A DNA stretch of 64,000 bases from NCBI RefSeq assembly GCF_009914755.1, contig NC_060938.1; one strand, 5' to 3'. The position numbers and the translations under genes were made by a program. This document shows, piece by piece, positions 54,321-64,000 of this stretch. The notes under the pieces are model-generated. The model was not told where the DNA came from. It did not search any database and saw nothing but the letters and a program-made list of their open reading frames with translations. Numbering within the stretch: the stretch's first letter is position 1; every line of letters starts with the position of its first letter. Source of the stretch: the human T2T-CHM13v2.0 reference genome, Homo sapiens.

Positions 54321-55869
54321 ACTGAATATTGCTAAATATTCAGAGACAGAGCGAGAGATATACCCATGTGATGATTCTGAACATGTTATTTAACTGGTTT
54401 TACTAATAGGCCACATGAAGCTCTCCTGGTGCTTCCTTGAAGATCTGATGGTGGGTTGGAATCCAGCCATCACTAGCTAGAAATTCCAAATGTATTCAGC
54501 TCAATACTTTTTTTTAATCTTTTAAAAATTTTTTTACCTTTATCGTTATTCACTGGGACACATTTGCAGTAAAAGAAAGATTTTAATACCAGGCTTATAC
54601 TTGATTTTTAGACATTTCTGGAATCCTGTTAAGGGTTCCAGAAGGATAGCTTCAATATTTTTAGTTTTCTCTGATAGCCATGGTGTTTTTAGGTTGATAA
54701 GGAAACTCGTCTGTGATCTTTACTCATGAATTGTCCTTGATCAAATGAAGGAAATGGGGAGGGGTGTATGTAAGAGGATAAATGAGATAACAGTGATGTT
54801 GCTTGAAGCCAGACATGTTGTAGAGACTGAAATGAGAGTTCAAGGAGATGAGCTAGGAGGATTATTAGAATCCAAGGGAATTATTTTGTCATCGAGTTAA
54901 TAGTACTACAGGGAGAAGATGCATAACTCGTTAGAAGAGAAACCAGAGAAGATTTATTTGGTAATATGTGACCCGCCTTCCTTACAACCGGAGAAAGTTA
55001 TCTCTAGATCTATGAGGTAGAGCTGGCAAATACATGCTGGAGATCTTTTTTTCTTTACTGAGATGTCAGTGTGCAATGTGAAAACCAAAAGCTCCTAAAG
55101 ATAGTACAAGAAATCACACATCTTATAAATTACATCTCTTTGCTAAAGATGATGGACTTTTCCAGGAAACGATGCTATTGTTATTTCCCAAGTAGAGTTT
55201 TTTTTTTAACTTAAATGTTCTTGAAGAATTGAAGAATTGATATACAGAGAGAAGACAACGAGGGTAATAAAAAAATGCAAGAATTGTGGTAATTGGTGTT
55301 CTGTGTCAAGATCCTTAAATCTCAGCCTTTCTCTTAATATCATAAAGATAGAGTAAAAAGTCTTTTGTGAAGTAAGTAGCCAATAATGTTTTGTGCCCAT
55401 TTTAGAGATAGTGCACTTGAAGGCACCTAAAACAGAGTGAAAATTACAGAGAAACAAACTTACTGTTATCACTAGGCAATTCCCTCTCCTGGGATAATCC
55501 CACAAAACAAACAAAACAAAGTAAACACAATAAACTCATCTGCTGCCCACACTTTTTTGATAATTGCAAGACAGCTTGCGATGGAAGAGGGAAGGCAGAT
55601 CTGGTAGCTTTGATTTTCCTCTGGATGTAGACAGCCAAAATTGCAGAGCATGGTGCTTGTCCCTGTATTTGTTTACCTCATTTCTTCTTCCAGAGGTCAG
55701 ACAGGCCTGTCCTAGTTTTTTCATTAGAGTCACTACCCTTTCCTTTGTCTATATGGCTCCCTGGGGTCTCTGTTCAACTGTATATCATCGTTGAATAGGC
55801 TTGGCTTCAAATCCCAGCTTTGTCTCTTTCAAATTGTGTAGCATTGGGGACATCACTTACCATAACCCA

Positions 55870-56710
55870 CTGTCACCTTAGAAATAAAGCCTGAGGCAAA
55901 ACTGTATATGTTATCACTTTCATGGGAAGTGTCATTCTAGAGAAACAATAGTGAAGAAAAAAGAGAGGGAGGCAGCACAGGAGATAGGAGGAAGAGCAGC
56001 TACGAAGGAGCACATTCCCAAGCTGGCCACTGCTTTGTAACAGTACTATTGATTGCTCAATCTTTTAGGTCATCTTTAGGAGCTGGCATGAATTGCTGTG
56101 TTTCAGAACAGTCCACGCAGAGGAATGAGGAGAAGAGGATTCATCCATTAGCTTCCATCTCCCATTGGTGAAAGCTTGCCCTGCAACTCCTCCACACTTC
56201 TGGGTTGTATGACCTGTCCTGCTACAGCCACTATGGAAATCTGAACCCATGTTAGTAGCCACCTCCTCAGCATGACCTGCAGCTTATGGGGCATGCAGTA
56301 AGTAGGAGCAAGCCAAGCGCCCTGCGGGCTAGACCTCTGGCACACTGCAGAACCAGCATGAACCAGGGCAGGTAGTGAACACCGAGAGGGTCCCATGGTA
56401 CTGCCCACCATAGAGACTAAAACAGAGCCTTTGGCAAGAGGCAGGAGGCTCTAGGCATGAGGTGTTTTCAGTCATAGCCACACATTACCTCAGATTCCAG
56501 GAGCAGCTGCTGCAGCAGACCCAGCTAGCCCAGCCTGCAGATTGTCACCATGAAGACAGAGATGATCCTTCCTCCAGTGAAGAGCAAAACTTCTTTGTGG
56601 CCTATATGACTGCTTGGTGCTGGGCAAGCTTCCTGAAGAGTCATCAGCAGCTGGAGACCATGGCTGAGTAAATCCAGGGTGGGGGCAGGGCATAAGCTGG
56701 GTCCAGTGCA
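55870..56710 (-). mobile_element. Ancient ERVL LTR (LTR41/LTR40-like)
   Basis: AAGCCTGAGGCAAAA...AAGCTGGCCACTGC...TCCATCTCCCATTGGTGAAAG...CACTTCTGGGTTG; minus start TGCACTGGACCCAGCTTATGCCC. Confidence 0.45.
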
Positions 56711-59174
56711 TTATCCATCCTTTCTAGATCTTGGCTTCTTTTTGAATAATGAGCAGTAGCAATTGCTATTTCCTCTTCTTCGCCATTCCAAGCTTCCCTC
56801 TACAACATCCTCTCTTTCCAGCTGTGTAGCAGGCGCAGCTCTAAGCCCATGTGCTTGGGGTCTCTTACCCTTGGAATTGCCTCCTTTGCCGGGCTTTCTA
56901 AGTTGTCTTACTGCTAGTTTTCAAGGATCTTAAAAATCCATCCTCTTGTATGAAGGCTTCTCTGGCTGAATGGGCATTATTCTGGCGTATTCCTCACCTT
57001 CCAAATAAAATCTATGAGCATGTTATTTAGGTTCTAACAGCTTTATCTGTTTTTGGTCCTGGCAATGACTGTATTTGGAATGCTCTTTTTAAATACTGTG
57101 GCTACTGAGATCTCATTGAGGGCAAAGAATGGTTAAAATATCACTTATAAAAGGCAGTCAACTTCTCTACATAGGAGATACCACAACTTTTGGCTGTAGA
57201 CAGTGAGGAGGTAGGAATACTGCTGGTTGCTACTATTTTTCTTCTTTCTTTTTGCTATTGTTCATTAACATCCCCTTATTTCCTCTGATTGTCTCACAAA
57301 GAGGGTAGTCTTTCTGCTTAATCCTATGGCTTGAGTCTCCTTAATAAGGCAACAAGCTGCCCTGCAACAGAGAAATGAAATGCCTCACTCTTCCCCACCT
57401 CAATTCCATGGGGACTGGGACTCGATAGGTCAGGGTTGAAGTTTGGGTCTTGGGGACCAGAGCTGGGTAGGGAGGGGAGGAAGTTACCATATGAGTGTCC
57501 CAGCATGGAAAAAGTCAAAGGATTATTCTGATCCACTGTCTTTAGGGAACATGGAGGCTTAAAACCAGCATATGAAAATACTGCCATTAAACTGAAGGGG
57601 CCACCTTCAGGTTGGCTGATGAGAGGCAAAGTCAAGAGTTAGGAGCTGGGTGAAACCAGAAGGACGTGAGATCAGGAGCAATAGGAGAATGTTTTGGACA
57701 ACTGCAAGAATGAAGCTGGAGCTTGGGACCTGCCTTTAATGGCCATCAGCCAGGCGTAGTGAAATAGATGAAAAGCACAGCATTGGGGTAGATCAGATGT
57801 ATGACCAGGACTGCACATGTGGAAAGAGACTTTTAACAAGGGACACACCCATCTTTGTATCTCTAGCTGCTCGCAAGCACTGAAATACACATCGATGGGA
57901 AATAAACATATGTAGATAACCAATTTGATCAATGAAATCAGTCAGCAGCAGGTAGAATTTGCCCTCACACCTGGGCTTTGTCTCTGCTGGCTGATGCATG
58001 TGTTTCACAATTAGTAAATGCAAAGCAGCATTTCCCACTCCACACACACATACACCTTAGCCTGTTCTTGCCATAAGCAAAAGGCCAACGCGTCCTTATT
58101 TCACACTCAGTTTTGGAGTAGTTTGTGTTCCCTTGGGTAGGAAACTCCCTCTTCTTGTTTTCAATATGGTGACTTTTCAGCTTATAGCCTGGGTAGGGAT
58201 GTGATATTTGGTTAATGCCAAATTTGCTCTGAATGTTGCTGGCTTTAATATTTATGTCCTGGAAAATGCAGTTCTCCCCATGGTTTGGATATTTTACATC
58301 TACACGTTATATTGAGAAAGCCAGAGTTGAGGCTCGTGGAAAAAAATAGCTAAATTGATGACTAATTTTACATCAGAAGCTTTTTCAACCAGAGAAACAG
58401 TATGCTACAAGAGTAAGCAGGGCCACCCCACCCCTGATCCCCTGCCCTCTGCCTGGAGAGAGGAGATTCTCAAGTGTCTCTTTGAGAGAGGGTGGAGGAA
58501 CCACTGAGCAGAGCCCAGCTGTGTGGACCCACACAGCAGATGGTTCAGTTGAAACACAGGAGGCTGGAAGTTACTGTTCACTGGGCACTACTGACCAAGG
58601 CCCTTGCGTAATGCAGCCACTTGTTATGCTGAAGAGGATTGTTTAGAAGGAAAATGGGCTGGTTTTTCTTGCTTCACATATCCTTACTGGAAGGTCATGA
58701 CCGATCTTTCTTACTGCCCACATTTTTATTTATACACCATAAGGAATAATTTCCATCTCACTCTCCCCACTCCTTTGCCAGAACATATAGAAATGTCTGT
58801 GTTCAAAAGGCTCTTGTTTTCTTGGCTGAATATCAAGATTTTTTCCAGATTGTCAACTCCTTAAGAGGGGAGAAGCATAAAATCCAGCTGTAGAAACCAA
58901 GAAGTGACCTAACATGATCCAGGTGTTTCCAGTTTTCTTAGGAAAGAAGGCGAGTATGTATGTCATGTCTGATGGGCCATGTCTAGAGGATACTGCCCGA
59001 TCACATTAGGTTGCTGATCACAGTTGTGATGGTGGGTTGTGGGTGAGTCCACTGTGTGTAACAGCTATATCTGATTTATCAAAATTGGTTTTGTAGTGGT
59101 ATTCTGAAAGTTCGTGACCTTATTCAATGCACATAAAAAAGGATTTAAAAGCAGTAAAATTGTAAAGACAACAT

Positions 59175-59350
59175 GGTGGTATGTAAATGCAGGGAAAAGG
59201 CAGAGGAGAAACGGGCTTTAACTTTAGTTCTGCCACTTGCCAGCCATGTTTCTGTGGATAAGTCTTCAATCTCTTTGATTCTCATGTTAAAAATCCATAA
59301 AATGGATAAAATGTCTGCCCTTAATGCCCCATTATAAAATTAAAGTATTG
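59175..59350 (+). mobile_element. MIR
   Basis: TTAGTTCTGCCACTTGCCAGCCATG...AAAATCCATAAAATGGA. Confidence 0.55.
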
Positions 59351-59949
59351 TATTGGGGACAGATTTATTTATACAAATAACTTGGACAAAGCTATGTAGA
59401 TAAATGTACATTTAGTGGTCTGCCAGCTTACCTGTTAAGTCAGTAGTAACATTCCAAGCCACCATCCATCAACTGGATATGGTCTACTATATTTTTAGAT
59501 TCCATTTTTTAATGAATTAAAATTGAACAAGTCTGGCAGAATAAACTAATTTCCCAGAATGAATACCATGCCACCTGCCAAAATCTTCCTCATCCACCCT
59601 GTCACCTACTTCTCAAAGCATTCTTAGGTCTTCTAATCTGTAATGACTCTATTAACTCCTGTGCCTTCCTAGCATGGGTCATGTCTGTGTCAGCTCTTAC
59701 GGGAGGTTAGCGACTATGGATGATGGTCATCCGGGAGCATGTCTGTCTTCCCCTGCAGAGAGGAGCCTAGTCTTAGTTGGCTTTGGGCCTGCCCACCTTA
59801 CCTTGTAGAGTGCCATGCATGTAGGTACACAGAAATGCTTTTTAAATTGAATTACTATTTTTCTTCAGTAGACTATACACGGGAGGGAAAAAAAATGGTG
59901 GTGGCTTCTGAAGGGCATCTGGTGTTAATAAATGATGTCACAGAAAAAA

Positions 59950-60120
59950 ATCAGAGCAAAGATCAGAGAGCTGGACGGCCGTACATGCTTTGCCACTGCA
60001 TGGCTCTATGTGCCTTGGATGAGTCACTAAACTCTCCAAGCCTTTGTTCCCTTCTCTTTGTAATGAGAGAATGGGATGAGTTTGACATTATGCTTCTTTA
60101 CAGCACTAAGATTCTAACAT
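59950..60120 (+). mobile_element. MIR (MIR3-like)
   Basis: TGCCTTGGATGAGTCACTAAACTCTCCAAGCC...TCTTTGTAATGAG...CAGCACTAAGATTCTA. Confidence 0.55.
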
Positions 60121-60184
60121 CTAAGGTAAGGTGCTGAGAACAACTTCAGGTAAATCAAGGAATGTGTTAAATTTTTAAAAAATT

Positions 60185-60330
60185 TTTATTTCTTTATTAT
60201 AGAGGTAAAATGTACATATAAAATTTACCATCTTTACCATTTTTAAGTGTACAATTCAGTAGTAAAAATACATTTATATTCTTTTGTTTTTTTCTTTTCA
60301 GCCCCCCAACCCCCTTTCTGGCCTCTAGAT
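60185..60330 (-). mobile_element. L1MB 3'-terminal fragment
   Basis: AAAATTTACCATCTTTACCATTTTAAGTGTACAATTCAGTAG. Confidence 0.7.
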
Positions 60331-60484
60331 GTTTTAAAATGGGAACCACATAAGTGGGTGATTCCAGGGCAAAAGAAGTCTATTCTATTTTGAGTGGTAA
60401 GGATTATTTTACATAACTATGGGATTCAGAATAAGGTATTTATCAAGTGTGTCTGTGGATGGTGTTTCAAATATGATTTAAATT

Positions 60485-60777
60485 GGCCAGGTGCAGTGGC
60501 TCACACCTGTAATCCCAGCACTTTGGGAGGCTGAGGCAGGCAGGTCACTTGACCCCAGGAGTTTGAGACCAGCCTTGCCAACATGGAGAAACCCCATCTC
60601 TACAAAAATACAAAAATTAGCTGTGTGTGGTGGCATGCTCCTGTAGTCCTGGCTACTCCGGGGGCTGAGGCAGGAGGATCCCTTGAATCCAGTAGGTGGA
60701 GGTTGGAGTGAGCCAAGACCATACCACTGTACTCCAGCCTGGGCGACAGAGTGAGACTCTGTCTCAAAAGAAAAAAA
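60485..60777 (+). mobile_element. AluJb-like
   Basis: Full dimer, GGCCAGGTGCAGTGGCTCAC...GAGACTCTGTCTC plus A tail. Confidence 0.92.
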
Positions 60778-62139
60778 GGGTTAAGTTAAAAAAAACCTAG
60801 CATAAAAGGAGTAGTCCAAGATTATCTTCGCTTGGCCCATTGTACAGCTTACAAAATATGTCATATTAAAAATAAATACAACTTAGAGTTTTAATCAAGT
60901 CTGAATTTTGGTGGTAATTATTTTTGAAATCTCATCACACTTTTTTTATAAGACATTTTCATTTAAGAACAGTTTGGAGTTATCCCAGAAACTTGAATTA
61001 TCCTTTAAAAGAGTATTACGTGAAATGTATTTTTATTAGTGGAGAAGAATAGAACTCTTTCACACGCGTTGGGTTAGTTTCATTTCCAAACTACAGACCC
61101 TTACCTTGTGGAGTCAAAGCAGAGATGGTAGGTACTTAATTGTACTCTTTGAATAGTGCGCACTGTACCAAATTATTTTATTGCTGGGTCCATTCTAATT
61201 TATTGAGACCACTGTAACATGATCTTGTTGGGTCATACATAAACTGTTCACTTCTCTCTATACTGATTTTACCAAATCTGCTATATACATCTAGCAATCC
61301 AGTCAATTTTGCAAACTATTTTATCAGGATTGACTTTCCATCTATCTTCTTGGGGACCAAGAAAGAAACTAAATAAATCTTTACCAGATGAAATCAACCC
61401 TTAAATGGGTGAACTATTTCCATTGTCCAGTTGTCCCAGTAAGTTTAAAGCAGAGAGTGTTTTTGACAGCTTTGTTAATTTAGCTCTTTTTTTTCTTGCT
61501 GGCAATTCAAGTATAATTGAATTCTAGTGTTGAGCTTTAAATATGTACTTGAGACTTGAAAAGGAAGCTTGATGAGGCGTGTGCTGCAGCATAACCTCTC
61601 AATTATTCACACATTTATGGGACTGTAATCACCAAGGCCTCTCATTGTAAACATTATGAACACTTTTATAACCAGACATTGATATGAGCTAATAGGCAGT
61701 GAATTACAACTCAAATGATGAAATTACAAACAGTAATCAGATGGTCAGGGTCATCAATCCTAATTAACACCATCATTTTTCAGTTCTAAAATCTCTGATT
61801 CTGTATCAAGTCACTTTTTAGTGTTACCTGAGTAATTTCCAAAACTTCAACTGGTAAAGGCTGACATGTTTGAGAATGATTCTAGAGCCTCAGAACTACT
61901 CACTGCCTACAATGAGGACAAGAAGTACTGCCATTTTTGTGTCTTGCTTTTAGATTGAAATAACTTATAAGTTATCTGTCTGTCATTTAGCATGATATAA
62001 TAGCTGTGTTTAGTAAAGCATCCCAGATTGGCTTCTGCTAGTATAATACTTAACAGGATTGGAAGAAAATCCTGCATAAATGTGATTAGTGACCCTTACC
62101 TCCCTTTGTCCTTTTCTCCATTCCTGCCTACTATCAATA

Positions 62140-62260
62140 ATTAATTGAGTCATTCAAAAAATATTGATTGCATCATAACCTTGTGTCAAACACTGTACTA
62201 GGCCCTGGGGAAATAATCCAGGCATGCTATCTCACCACCATTGTAAAGCTTTAGAATTGT
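62140..62260 (-). mobile_element. L2 3' end fragment
   Basis: TCATTCAAAAAATATTGATTG...TGTGTCAAACACTGTACTAGGCCCTGGG. Confidence 0.6.
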
Positions 62261-64000
62261 AGTTCCAATGCTATCAAGGAAGATTTCAGACGTTATTGAA
62301 TGAATTTATACTGAACACAATCTTTAAAGTCATGAAAAAAACAGCCACAATGGATTGACATATATTCTGTTAGAGTCAGTTGGGTAACCCACTTTCTTCT
62401 TGTTCTATGGTGGTTTGGGAGCAGAATTGGGAACAACAAGATTTCTGGTCATTTTTGTTCCTTTGTTTGAGATGTGTGGGGAGATGGGTGAGAAGATAAT
62501 AGGGACTAGGAATTGCTTAAAACAACATTTTGAAAGAAAACTATGAACGGACTTGCTGTGCAGTTTCCCTATTTGCTCAAAGCTCTTCAGATAAGCAGTC
62601 ACAAAAGTATCTATTTTCAGATTAAATGAACAAGAGAGATGTGCATGTAAGTTCTGCTATGGGTTGAAAATTGTGCATAGTTTATTATACATCTAGTTAA
62701 TGTATGCATAATCATGGGTAACAAATGATCAGCAAGAACACAGCTGGGTTTAAACTTTCTTTTCTAAATCCCTTCTCACTAAGGGTTGTTGAAAACCCCA
62801 GAGTAGCTAATAAAATACATTAAAACTGATACTGAAAATGGTGACAGATACTAACAGCAGCATCTTCTTGAAATTAAATTTCTTCTTTTAGGTCCTTTAG
62901 CGGCTATTGCTTCTCTTCTGAGTGAACTTATTCTTTCATGAACTATTCTGGCATTGTCATTTCCACATATCAGGGCCCTGAGAGCATTTGCTCCAAGTTT
63001 ATTTGAGGTGTGGTTTTGTTGTCATTGTTGCTGTTTAGTTTTAACCAATTTTATTTCCAACAATACCTTGCTTTATCTATTCAGTCTGAAAAATGCTTCC
63101 TGTAGCTACTTATTAGCAGGGAGCGACTTCTCTCTTTTTTTTCTGTGCACTCTCATAGTGTGAGATTTTTTTCTTGTAATAAAAAATATATAGAGAAGAG
63201 AAGACTTTTCCCTCTGAATTGTTTCCAGATTGAAGTGAAAATGGAGTCTCCCATTGTTGGAAGCACAGCTGCTGCCACATGTTCTGTGTCTGCTCCTGTG
63301 TCCTCACTGATGGGAGGGGCTTACTGGTATCATGTTTAGCCATTTTCATGCCGTGTTGTGAGCTGGCTTGGTTCTCTCCCCTCACGGCCCCTACAAAATC
63401 AGTCACTCCATGGCCTGGTGAGACCTGGGTGGATTGATGGGACACGTGTGATTCGAGGATAGCCTAGGCTTGCTGATGGCCACCAGCAGTGGCGTCTGGG
63501 TGGGAAAGATGAGACACACACACTCTCTCTCTCTGTCTGTTAGCTCTCCTGTTGAAATTTAGAATTGGGGAAATTCAGAGACTGGGCAGGTTAGCTTTGG
63601 AAACTGATTTGAAAGGCCACAAAGTAGACTTGGGACTAGGACAGCAATGACAGGCTGAAATTATGAGGATGAAGATCAAGAGAATAGGGAGAACAAAGCA
63701 GTGATGCACTGAGAAGGTGTGAGTAGTGCTCCATGCAGTTCGTGAGAAAAAGGAAGAAAGACAGACAGACACACACACACGCATACAAGTTTATACACAG
63801 ACTCACACAAAAGCCACCTCAGTTCCTGACTGCTTTTGCTTCCAATTTCGGTTTACCCATGTCTCTTATCTTGGGGCACCTTGAATGAACTGCCTCTGCC
63901 CCTTATGGCCAAATGAGCCTTGACAACATCAGTGAAGCCTGATGAACTTATGTTGAATATTGTGACACTATGGATAATAGTATTACAGAAACCAAGATAA

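Overview
This is AT-rich, CpG-depleted primate (probably human or great-ape) non-coding DNA, either intronic or intergenic. I can support no recognisable protein-coding gene, rRNA, intact tRNA or CRISPR array; nearly all ORFs in the supplied track are chance or repeat-derived. The window is a dense record of transposable elements: about 10 Alus (J, S and Y types, most with readable TSDs), old L1 pieces (including an L1 5' end at the left edge and a twin-primed L1PA), a complete MST (MaLR) provirus with a nested MER4E LTR, several solo LTRs, hAT DNA-transposon relics, many L2/MIR/L3 fragments and microsatellites. Subfamily names come from remembered consensus sequences and need RepeatMasker/Dfam confirmation. 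The best leads not explained by repeat annotation are three. First, a frame-open 123-bp minus-strand exon candidate with consensus splice sites (5021-5143) and possible partner exons. Second, a tail-to-tail L2 hairpin with the architecture of L2-derived microRNA precursors (42411-42501). Third, a perfect 25-bp direct repeat around a 1.55-kb block of ancient repeats (6653/8228). I see no convincing novel multi-gene system.
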